A stretch of DNA of 64,000 bases from Eutreptiella sp. 'Long Island Sound 2002' (lineage: Eukaryota; Protista; Euglenida). The translations under genes and the position numbers were made by a program. Where the stretch lies: NCBI GenBank assembly GCA_964036045.1, contig OZ038378.1, forward strand, positions 193,316,001-193,380,000, written 5' to 3'. The notes under the pieces were generated by a model that was not told the origin of the DNA, ran no database searches, and saw only the letters and a program-made list of their open reading frames with translations. The stretch's first letter is position 1; every line of letters starts with the position of its first letter. This document shows, in pieces, positions 39,370 to 50,162 of this stretch.

Positions 39370-40027
39370 GTGTGTGTGTGTGTGTGTGCGCGCGCGCATG
39401 CGTGCATGCGTGCATGCATCTGTGCTGAGCTGGGCATGTAGGCAATTTGATATGAGCTTTGGATGATTTCAAGTCGGTCGCATGTGCAGCTTGGTGCAGC
39501 CTCTGCTGGTTCGGACATGTGTCTCCCATTCGTGGTTGCGGCGGTGTTGTGTCGATGGGAAGTGTGTGGCTGTGCCCAGCTGCAGGCTGTTGTCAGTTTT
39601 TGCGGGAGTTTCCCTGCTGCCTCAGTCTGTACCAGGGGGACTTTGGCCTGGGGGCAGGCCAGGGGGTTGCACCTGCGCCAGTGCGCCTCAGCAGGATTTT
39701 CCCGGCTGCCTCGGTTCCGTGGGATGGACTGGGGCCTGGAGGCGAGTGGGCCGGAGATCCGGGTTCGGAGGGGCTGTGGGGGATGTCAGAGTTGCATTTG
39801 CATTGCCTGTTTGGGTGTGTGTCCCACGGATTGCCTTGTGTCGCTTTTTGCGGATTGGGGGTTGTCCTGTTTGTGGCGATTTTCAGCGGATTTGGGCATG
39901 TGCCCCACTTTTGGATTGCGATGGCCCATGGGGGACACGGGGTTGTCATGTTTGTCGGTACTCGCCTCAGCCCTCAGCCGATGGGATTACCAACAGAGGC
40001 TTTAATTGGGCCTGGAGAAAGTTGATC

Positions 40028-40506
40028 TGGACAAATTTCGAAGCCCTCCCTCGTACCAAATATTTCCTTCAATTTTAAGGATTCTTTGTGCCATATTGTG
40101 TCAGGGGGTGCCCTAAGGACGCTCACCCTTTTTTTTTTTACTATGCCATCAACTCTCTGATGTTCAAATTGCTGCGGATCTTGATGTAGCTTAGTTGGTA
40201 ATGGTAATTGGTAATCCCAAGGGTCCTGGGTTCAAACCCTGGTGTCTGCAATATTGTTTATCTTCGCTTTTTTGGTCTTTTTTATGTATGCATGTCTGCA
40301 TGTTTGCATAACAGCAACCATCCAGAGCCCACCAGGAAATAACAGCAACCATCCAGAGCCCACCCGGAATCTACAATGAAGGTCCACTGGGAAGCAGCAG
40401 CAAGGGGCCTCATACCAAAATTTTCCGTCATTTCTAAGGAGGAATACCAATTTTTTACCCCTTTAATTTTGGTCATCCGAAAAAAAAAACCTCTTAAATT
40501 AAAGCC
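40028..40506 (+). repeat. ~450 bp dispersed repeat with internal tRNA-like cassette (copy 1)
   Basis: Highly similar to 53761-54193; TGTAGCTTAGTTGG and GGGTTCAAACCC boxes at ~40180-40240. Confidence 0.75.
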
Positions 40507-41337
40507 TCTCGTGGTATGTCACTACGTCCCGTGTGCGATTTGCGGTGCGGTGCGGAGCGTGCGTGTCCGTGCAGGTGTTGATGCAATGGTCCGGGTCTGC
40601 AGAACGTGCGCGGTGCCCTGCAGGCTTCGTTTATAAGGAATTAAGTTAACTGGGGGGGGGGTCTGGGTGGGTGCCCCAGCCTGGGTGGGTGGTTCAAAAG
40701 TCTGGGACCCCCCCCCTCTTGGAATTGTACTCTGGGTGGGTGGGTCTGTAGTCTAGGACCCCCCTGTTTAATGTTAGTGTGCAGGCTGGTGGCGCTTTTT
40801 TTTTCGATTTCAACTGTGTTCAACAACCTGAATGGGAGGTGAGTACAGCAGAACTACACTGTAGTTGAATGGTAGTGCAGCTGTGTGTAGACTTAGAGGT
40901 TTCTGTTTCAATTCCCAGTGAGGGTAACTGTTTTCAGCTCCGCTTTTTTTGCAAGGTTCGGAGCTACAGTGACATTTTTTGTCATGCCATTGGGGTCGCT
41001 TTGTGTGTATCTGCAGAACTCATTGTTTGCTTTGCTATGCAGCAGCCTGGGAAGTACCGCTGCGGTTGTGGAGTACTCATATCCAATGTGGGAAAGGCTG
41101 AACGTGAGCACTTCAAAAGTGATCGACACCAAAAATGGTTGAAGAGCCAGCAGACCACAAAGACTCTTCAGCATTTTTTGTGAAGGAGCAGAACCCTGTG
41201 GGCAGCAGCAGCAAGCAGCAGCAGCAGTAGCATTACAAACACCAGTAGCATTACAAACACCAGCAACAACTACAACACCAACAGCAGCAGCAGCAATATC
41301 AACTGCAGCAGTGGTGGCAGCAACAACAATGCCAGCA

Positions 41338-41368
<31 letters not shown>

Positions 41369-42582
41369 CTTCACGCCCAACTCAAGCCCCATCTCCAGCA
41401 ACAGCAGAAAAGTACAACCCCCCCCCCAAAAAAAAGCGGGACCATGTGCTTCGGCAGCCGTGGTAGCATCACCTCAGGTGGGGCTGGGGAGCCGTTCAGC
41501 CCTGGGAGAGCGCCTCAACCCCCCCCTCAAATGTTTATAAGGCTCGGGGGGGTCTGGGTGGGTGGCTTGGTCTTGGGTCGGTGGGTGCCTCAAAATCCCA
41601 AAAACCCCCAGCCCCTTATAAACGAACCCTGGTGCCCTGATTGGGCTTTGGAGTACTCATGCCCCCGAATGAGCTCAGGGTTTACACAGCCGCCCTGAAA
41701 GGGCGCGAACTTTCGTCTGTGCCCTGAATGGGCCTGAGTTTTGGGTTTCCACCATCGGGACAATTTTGGCGGAGGTTTCTCTGCTGCCAGCGCCAGATAT
41801 AAAGCGTTGGCCACACATCGGTGGGTCTCCGCCCAGGCCATTGCTTCATCGGGACCCCGCGGGTTATGTCCGGGTGGGTGGGTGGGCCAGCCGCCCCTCC
41901 CCCCACTGCTCCTCATGTGTGTGTGGGGGGGGGGGGGCAGAGGGTCCACGGGGGGTTGTCTAAGGTGCAGCTTGGCCAAGAACCCTGATTTGCAGATGTC
42001 GTTTTGCAATCTTTTTGGGTCTTTGCTCAGTCGCGGTGGCCCTTTTGCTTGCTTCCTTTCTCTGGCAGCACAGATTCAGCCGTGGGGCTCCAAAGTCCGC
42101 GCACCATGTGGCACGCTTCATTGCGGACAAGGGGACACAAGTGACTGTCAACCACTGCCGGTCTGCACATAACCGTGGGCCCGTCATCCAGACAGATACA
42201 CGGGAACCCCCCCCCCCCCCTGTCCAAGCTACAGCGGGTGTAGGGACCGTATTAATTTGGTACCTGATTTGATTGGGTACCAAATATAGTGCAGCCACAT
42301 AATGTGCTAGTTACGTAGGGTCATGGACACATTTGTCGTACGTGTTTGCTCACTTGAAACCACATAGCTCTGATTTTGGGGATATTTGTGCATTATATTC
42401 TCCCTTCTTGCACCAGCTCAACATGCAACCTTCTCTTTTTGAACCTGGGCATCTACGGCCTTGTCCAAGCTACAGTAGGGGTGGGCGCTAGTATGATGTC
42501 CTGCGCTCCGCTTCTTTGCTGAGTGTGTCGACCGCGCCCACAAGCGGAATAGACCCAGAGAGCCCACGCTCTTACCACTTGG

Positions 42583-44199
42583 GTGGCTGACAGCAGCTGC
42601 CATCGCTTCGCCATGTCCACGTCGTCGAAAGGCCAACGCAGTGCCGCCGACGTGCGAGAGTCGCACCAGACGACGGGTGATCCAGTCTGGACGGCGACAG
42701 ATTCAGCCCAGCTGAAGGCCATGTCTATGCTTTGCAACCCGGACTTCATCATTCAAAACGACATGTTTGTTTCTGCTCGTTTCCCTGACCACGCGCGCAT
42801 TTCTTCCAAGTTTTCGATTCTTGACGAGGTTACCTCTGTGGAGCAAATGCGGGCGGTCTTCTGGGGTGCGTCTCCGAATTTGCTTCTGGTGTATGCTGCG
42901 GATCAGTTGGATGGTCTGCTTGATTACATGCGTAAAATCGTGAAATTGCTGACGACAGTGGCGCAGCTGGACGTCATTCTTTATGCAAAGTCATCGGCCG
43001 TTGATAGCTCGTCTTTCCTCAATAATGCGATGCGTTTGAAAGATCAATTGCCTTTCCTGCCGGACCGCATCGGGCAGGTCGATAGGCTGCTGGGGTCCAT
43101 ATCTCGCTCTGAGACGTATGATGCCTGGGTTATTCGGACGTCGCATCAGTCTAGGTCTGAGTCGGCATCCGTCATCTACAAAATGATCAACCTGCGGCAG
43201 CCGGGGGAATCAGCGGATGGGGTGCTTTTTCGGGAGCCGGACATCAAGTACCAGGTGCTGGTTCTGCAGTATGCCGTGTCCTGGGAGGATCAGTTGCTGG
43301 CCTCCATCTCCAAATCTCGCGAGGAGGTCGATATCGTGCCTGGGTCGGACGCCCAGGCGAGCAAGTTCATGTTCGTGGAGTTGGATTATGGACAGGCGTC
43401 CCGTCTGGTGGAGGAGTTCGGCCGCTACCCGAGGTTTGCTATTCTGCCGCTGCCCTGGTATACTGGTTCTGCGGTGCAAAAATCAGCGCACCGTCTGGAG
43501 GTCAGCATGTCTGCAGCCTTTCGGGATAAACACCTGAAGTTTTTCTTCTCGTACGTGTTGGCTGCTTTTTGGGAGTTGGGGGAGCTGTTCTCTGGTAAGG
43601 ACGTGGCAGTGCATATCGTCCATTGCAAGCGTATTCGCGTTGGTCTTTCCAAAAAGGCGTATGAGCACGCCTGTGCGAAAAAGGAAGAATGGTACACTGA
43701 GATGGGCCTGGAGCTTTTAGATGAGCAAACAGGTCAGAAGCTATCGGGCTCGATCGGGACCAGCACGCAGGCATCTTCCGTCCCGGAGGCGTGGGGCCCG
43801 TGCGAGTCGATATACCTCACTAACGTGCCACCGTATTGGCGCTCCGACGTGCTGCAGGAGGTCCTGATGACCCAGGGCACAGGGCAGAAGGACTTCGTCC
43901 TGGATAAGTGTAGGTTTCATCTGGGGGATATCCGCACCAAGACCTGGATGGTGACCGGCCCATCCACCTCAGGGCTCCTGGGAAAGGTTTTGCAGGCTTC
44001 CGGCTCCAACACGCTGATCGTACCCATAAGCTCCAAGGAGTATAACTCGAAGAAAGCACAGATCCAAGGCAAGGGCAAGGGCGGGGGTAAGGGCAAGGGA
44101 GGGGCGACGCGGCCGGAGCCCACTGCGGAGCCGATGGACCTGAGCGATAATGAGGCATCCGCGCTCAAGTTTATGAAGCGGAAGCGGGGCACTGAGTAA
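42583..44199 (+). CDS. LINE ORF1 (gag-like; RRM-like SIYLTNVP segment, KGKG-rich tail)
   Basis: 538 aa open ORF directly upstream of ORF2; the actual start may be the ATG at 42613. Confidence 0.7.
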   Translation: MADSSCHRFAMSTSSKGQRSAADVRESHQTTGDPVWTATDSAQLKAMSMLCNPDFIIQNDMFVSARFPDHARISSKFSILDEVTSVEQMRAVFWGASPNLLLVYAADQLDGLLDYMRKIVKLLTTVAQLDVILYAKSSAVDSSSFLNNAMRLKDQLPFLPDRIGQVDRLLGSISRSETYDAWVIRTSHQSRSESASVIYKMINLRQPGESADGVLFREPDIKYQVLVLQYAVSWEDQLLASISKSREEVDIVPGSDAQASKFMFVELDYGQASRLVEEFGRYPRFAILPLPWYTGSAVQKSAHRLEVSMSAAFRDKHLKFFFSYVLAAFWELGELFSGKDVAVHIVHCKRIRVGLSKKAYEHACAKKEEWYTEMGLELLDEQTGQKLSGSIGTSTQASSVPEAWGPCESIYLTNVPPYWRSDVLQEVLMTQGTGQKDFVLDKCRFHLGDIRTKTWMVTGPSTSGLLGKVLQASGSNTLIVPISSKEYNSKKAQIQGKGKGGGKGKGGATRPEPTAEPMDLSDNEASALKFMKRKRGTE

Positions 44200-44201
44200 G
44201 T

Positions 44202-47200
44202 ATGCAGTTGCCCGGTCTCTGGCCGTCCATCAGGACGGCGCTGGCGACGTTGAATGTGAACGGCTGGATGCGGCGCTCCCGAGAGTCACGCAGGACGCCG
44301 CCCAGGCGAGAATCTGTGCTATCCATGGTCAATCGGCATAAATTGGACTTGGTGGCTCTTCAGGAGATGCACATCTTCACACCAGAGGCCAGGGAGTCGC
44401 AGTCGTGGTGGCTGCGAAAACAGGGCTTTGGTGGCCTCTTCAATTTGCAAAGCTCAACGGAGGACAAAGGTTCCTCTGCGATCATTTGGCGCTCCTCGGT
44501 GTGGACAGTTCGGTCAGCGATGTCCCTCTCAACGAGGCTGCTTATCACGGAGCTGGCGTCCGTGGACGGGGGCGCGATACGAGTTCTGTCGGGTCATTTC
44601 TCTTGCGAACCGACGCGGCGACGAGACCAGTGGGGGGAAGTGAGAGACGTGCTGTCAGAGCTGCCTCCTTTGCCGCTGGTGACGTTGGCAGATCACAACA
44701 GCGTGATGGTGCCGGGGGAAGACTCGGCTACAGTCACCAAGGAGGTGTCGCCGGTGGTGAGGTCACGGGAGAAGGAGGGACACGTGTTGCAGCAGCTAGA
44801 GCTGGATGATGTGTGGGTGTACGTGCATGGTGAAAACAGGGAGGAGGCGGTGAAGGGCTACACGCACATGGCCAAGCAGCGACGTATCGACCGCATCCAC
44901 GTGCAGCCTGTGGTCTTGCCGTTCGTGCGGTCAGCATACCCGGTGGCCACGCCCTCTGACCATAAAGCAGTGGTCATGCAGCTGGGCCCACCGGAGGGGC
45001 CCACGTGCCCCGCGCGATTTCGTTTTCCGGTGGAGGCCTTGTCCGATGAGGTGGCTATGGGTAGACTGAGAGAGGGGCTACAGCAGTGGGCGGACAGAGA
45101 CTTGGGGACCACGGAGTGGTGGGCGGGGGTGACGGGTTTCCTGCAGCGGGAAGCTCGCGAGTGGCGCCAAGCGCACCCCACCTCGGGTTACACGGAACTG
45201 CATAGCCTGGTACGCGAGAGCACCCCGGTAAAACTGGCGGTGGGGGCACTGGACTATCTAGAGGAGCTGGGATATTCACCGAGGTCGGTGGGGGAGGGGT
45301 ACGGGCTGTTGGTATCCCTGCTGGCGAACCAGCGCGAGGCCATGTTCAAATCGGATATGTGTGATAGGCTAAAACGGCAGTTACAGCCGCGGGAGGTGCG
45401 AGTTCAAGGTCAGGCAAATCGGCGGCGGACCATCCACAACTTGGTACGGCAGTTGCGAGAGCGACAGCACGTGGCACGAGTTCGGGACTCGCAGGGGGGG
45501 GTACACACCGGGGTGCGGGCGATCGCACAGGCTATGCGGGACTATTGGGCGGGGGTCATGGCGGGGAATGCAGTAACCGAAGAGGAGTGCTGGCGGTATG
45601 TAAGGTCCCTACCCATTCCCCCGAAAATCCTGCAGGCGTTGCCTTTGCTTATGAAGCCACTGTCGCTGGACGTGGTACTGGCGGCTCTCGAGCGTCTTAA
45701 AGGGGGATCGGCACCGGGTAAGGATGGTATACCAGCGGAGCTATACCAGGCGTTTCCATCTGTGGCCACAGGTGATCCCCCCCTGTCAGAAAGGCTTCGT
45801 GCCGGGGCGGCAGATGCTGGATCATGTAATCTACGCCAGGGCAGAGTGGGAGCGGCTGCCAGACCAGATCATGGTGGCGGTGGATTTTCAGAAAGCATAT
45901 GACTCGGTAACTTTCACCCTGTTGCGGGTCACCCTGATCCACCTGGGGTTGCCCTTGGCGTACGTTGGTTTGTTGATGTCAGTGTCGGCGGGGCCCGTTT
46001 TATTTTGCGTGGGGAGGGGCTTTGTGGCCGACGTGGAGCTGAGCCCACGTTCAGGCATCCGACAAGGGGACCCACTGTCCCCCTTGCTTTTTGACTTGAT
46101 AACGGTCCTACTAATTTTTGATTTCAAACGGTTGCATGTTAATGTGGTGGTGCTGCTATACGCAGATGATATTCTGTTGGCGCTGCCGGGGCGGGGGCCG
46201 CAACAGGTGGCCGATCTGAGGGCGGTTTTGTATGTCCTGCAGGTGTTTGGGTATTTCTCTGGCCTGAGGGTCAATTTTTCGAAAACGTATGCGGTAGTCA
46301 AGTGTTCGGACCCAGATGCCCCACGGCCGGCCACGTTGGCAGGGCTGACGGTGAAGGAACAACTCAAGTACCTGGGCATCCAGTTGGGTAATGTGACAGC
46401 GGCTGGTGCATACGCACCCGTGGTCGCAAAAATGTTGGCGCGGGCACGCACCCTGGCCACGTTGCCACTGGGAATGGAGGAGCGGGCGTACTTGTTCGCT
46501 ACGTGGATAGCCCCAGTGGTCTACTTGACTGCACGGGCCTATGCTCCGACGGAGCATGTGGTGGCGCAACTAAACATGGTCCACAGGGCGGCACTGGACA
46601 TTAATAACTGGCATCTCACGATGCCGATCTTGGCTCTGCCTCCGGCGGAGGGGGGTCTGGGGCAGGTAGGATTGGGTATGTACGCGACCTGGGTACACAG
46701 CCAAACGTTTGTTCAGGCAGTGGTACGGCCAGCGTCGTTGGCAGAACAACATGCCCGGCCGTTCCGGGGGTGGGCCGACCGAGTGGGGTTGGTGCTGGAA
46801 CCGGCGTTTCTTCCCTATCTACAGCTAGCCAGCCAAGCCTATCTGCCCAAGCCAACCTTTTTGCAGGGTACCGTGAAGGCGTACTCGGTGGTTCGACGGG
46901 GGGGGGGGGGGCACCGGCTCCCCCCCCCCTGCATGAATTGTGGTCCTTGGGCGTTTGGCACTGCGTGTTTTTTCGTAATAAGGTTTGGTTGACCTACTAC
47001 TGCCCGGCACTACACCGGAGGGGGGTGCTGCGCTGGTGTGACCTCATCTCGGGGTCCAAGATACCACCCCAGCTGTTAGGCACTGTGGCCCCCACATGGC
47101 GTGCCATCTATGAGGAGTCGGCTTTGAGGGTGGTGGGGATGTACGAACCCAATTTTGCGGTCCCGGCGACCCCCCCGGTGGATAATTGGTCGGTGCAGTG

Positions 47201-48667
47201 GGCGAAGCGACGGACCCTTTTGGCCATGCAGCAGCGCACGCGCCACGAGGCCCGTCAGCCTGAGGAAGTATGGCGTGTGTTTGGGCGCCTACACCTCCCC
47301 AAATGGGATTTGGATTTTATACGGAGGGTTCTGTGGCGCAAGCTGCCAGTTGGCGCTCGCATGGAGCGGCTGGGGGGTAAGCTGTGTCCACAGTGCGGGC
47401 GGGTGGAGGACCACGTGCACACGCTGAAGCGGTGCTACTTCTCGGCATTTATGTTTGATACGGTGAGAAAGGCGTTTGGCCTGGCGCAGGGGGGGGGGGG
47501 GGGGGAGCAGTAGAGCCCAGCAGGCTTCTGCTGGAGGAACCTCTGCTATCGCTGCAGACGACGCAGGGCCTCGTTTTGTGGGCAGGCCTGCGTGCGCAGT
47601 GGAAGCTGCGGTGCGAGGTAAAGTATCAGCATCGGTAGGTTTCGTTGGAGGAGTTTGTAGCTGTTTGGGTGGGTGTGTTGGAAATCTGGAGGGGGGAGCG
47701 CAACATGTCGTGCAGTCGAGTCGATCTGCGCCATTTGATAGCACAGCTCCACAGCTGGGCGGACCATAAGACGATGTTCCACAGGGCGCCCCAAGCCCCC
47801 ACGACGGCCAAGCTGCCGTCAGCGCGACCAGACCCGCTGAAGTTAAAGGAGGAAAAGTGGGGTAGCCACAAACGATCTTTGTTGGCGGAACTAGAGGGGA
47901 TGTCGGGTGAGGGGTGGGTCATAGTGTACACGGATGGCTCGGCGAAACGCGTCCGAGGTTGGATGCAAGCAGGGTACGGGGTTTGGTTCGGGGACAGCAG
48001 TAATCGTAATTTTCGGGCGCACGTGCCAGCTCATGAGCGACAGAGTATCAGCAGGGGGGAGTTGCGAGGGGTGCTACATGCGATGCTCAGTCGGGAGGCG
48101 GGGGAGCGGATGGTGGTGGTGGTGGATTCCGAATACATTTTTACGGCAATCACAGTGTGGACGGACAAGTGGAAGAGGCACGGGTGGCGCACGTCGTCAG
48201 GTGAGGTGGGGCACAGAGACTTGTGGGAGCACATTGATTGGCTTCGCGGGGAGGCGGGGGACAAGTTACAGGTCCGCTGGGTGCCATCGCACCTCGGGGT
48301 GGCCGGTAATGAGGCAGCCGATGAACTAGCGGGGCAGGGCCGGGAACTGCACCCCTATAACCTGCTGCCCCTGTCCAAACGACGCCGAGTCACGGAGTGG
48401 GATGCATTGGGGCTGGAGCCCATGGCAGAAGTGTCCGACCGGGACCTGGGGTCAGAGGTGGACTCTGGGGGGACGTCAAGCGGCAGTTCGACCGCATCGT
48501 CAACGTCGGACGACGAAGACGTTTTTCTGTCCAGCTCGGAAGACATGTCATTCAGTACGGATGTCAGTGACACGCGGTTGCGGGGGACGTGGGACAGTGA
48601 CAGTGATGGGTTCAGTACGGACGTGAGTGAGAGCAGGAAGAGGCGGCGGAGGGGGATCGAGTCCTGA
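44202..48667 (+). pseudogene. LINE ORF2: AP endonuclease, RT, zf-RVT-like, RNase H; disrupted
   Basis: TLNVNG, DLVALQE, DHNSV, RRIDRI, SDHKAV (APE); VDFQKAYDSV, GIRQGDPLSP, YADD, KYLG (RT); CPQC-x-H-x-C; YTDGS, GELRG, DSEY, WVPSH-x-GNEAADELA (RNase H). Frameshift or deletion near 45760, shifts at poly-G near 46900 and 47490, in-frame TAG at 47636. Confidence 0.85.
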
Positions 48668-49808
48668 GACGACACGCTTGTCTCCCACGTCATGGGTCGT
48701 GGGTTCGAAACCCGGCGGACAGGTCGCTGGGGGTTCATCATAGTGGTCGACACGGGGGGTGGTTATATTTACGTCTCGGAGGTACCTGTCAGCTCAACCC
48801 AGTTCCTGCTGAGGGTAGGGAGGGCGACCTGACCTATCCAGAAGAACTGTGGCGGCGCCTCCGGCGCCGTATCCGAAGGAGAGCTGTGGCGCTTCGCTGG
48901 ACAGATGGGACAATGTTTGCCGCGGCTCCGCCGCGTGATACTTGCTGATTGAGGGCATAGGTCTGTCGGTGGGGACCTATTGCTGAACTTTCCACTGTTC
49001 TATGGCCAAGCTACAGTAGGCGTAGGGACCGTATTAATTTGGTCTTTTTGCATAGCATATACAGGGGGGGGGGGGGGGCAGTGATAATGGCGCTGGCAGC
49101 GCTGGCTTCACTCACCACTGGGGAGGTGGGAAAAAGATTTCCCGGGAGGGGGTGGGGTCAGGAAAGAGCTTGCAAATCCACCATCACACTGCAGATTACA
49201 CTGCAGCGATGTTGCCACTGAGTGCCGTCTGGACGTAGTGGCTGGTGTTCGTGTTTGCTGGCCGTGTGCCTGACAGCCACGGGGGCGTGTGGGGTGGTGA
49301 CCAGGCAGGGGGTGTTAGTTGCGTGGCTCAGTGCACGTGGGGCGCACTGTGCGGTGCAGGGGTGTAGGCATCCCGATTTGTTGTCGGTACAGTGGGCGAC
49401 ACCTGCCACAGCCTTGGTATGGCATCCCTGGTATGGCATCCCTGGTCCCGTTGCTGAAGCATCTTCTGCTGCAGAATATTGCTTGGATTTCTTCCGTTGA
49501 CCCAATGTGGACCCCCTCTGCACCCATCTTGACTCTACAGTAACCCCATTGCTGGTCTCGGGCCAAAAGAATCATTGAAATGGGGCAACTAGAGGCATAC
49601 CCTGATGGTTGGATGTACCACTACTGGAAATCTGAGGTCGACGCCTCAGACAGACCGGCATGTCAAACCATTGCGGACTGTGGCGTTGGCATGATTCCGC
49701 TCCCCGCATGGGGCTGAACTTCGGACTGACAGATGCACAAAAAAAAATGAATTATTGAAATGGTGCAAGGGTGAGGAGGGCTTCAAGTGCTGCTGCCGCT
49801 CCTTGCAG

Positions 49809-50162
49809 GGCGGTGACATCGTGGCCGCTGGAGGCATCCTGACCGTGTGGTACGTGTTCCCCCACTGGCGGCCCAAGTTCCTCAGCCTCTACCCCCCGCG
49901 GTACCAGCAGCTCGCCGTCACCGTGCAGCTGTGCCTGGCGCGCACGCCGCTCCCCGCGGAGGTGGTGGTCTACGTGCTGCGGCACGTGGACGCCTACGAC
50001 TACGAGGGGCAGCCGCCGTGGCGCGGCCTGTGGGCCCCGTGCATGGGCTACTGCACGTGGGCGCGACGGAACGGCCTTGCGGATCGCCCGGGTGATGCCC
50101 CTTCCGCACGGCCCCGGGCCGCAGAGCCCGGACGAGGGTGCAGCGCCGCCAGTCTGCGCTAA
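49809..50162 (+). CDS. Gene 2 exon 2 (GGDIVAAGGILTV + helical C-terminal extension)
   Basis: CCTTGCAG acceptor, phase 0; GGDIVAAGGILTV completes the EF-1alpha MRQTVAVGVIKSV strand; GC3-rich; TAA stop. Confidence 0.75.
   Translation, partial: GGDIVAAGGILTVWYVFPHWRPKFLSLYPPRYQQLAVTVQLCLARTPLPAEVVVYVLRHVDAYDYEGQPPWRGLWAPCMGYCTWARRNGLADRPGDAPSARPRAAEPGRGCSAASLR

Larger units (their letters stand above)
42480..49005 (+). mobile_element. L1-like non-LTR retrotransposon (ORF1; APE-RT-zf-RNase H), defective copy inside the gene 2 intron
   Basis: 15 bp TSD CCAAGCTACAGTAGG at 42465-42479 and 49006-49020; two ORFs separated by 2 nt. Confidence 0.85.

Noticed and set aside
37729-39399. 556 aa minus-strand ORF (and 38301-39320, 6831-7634)
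   Set aside because: Antisense shadows of GC3-rich real exons.
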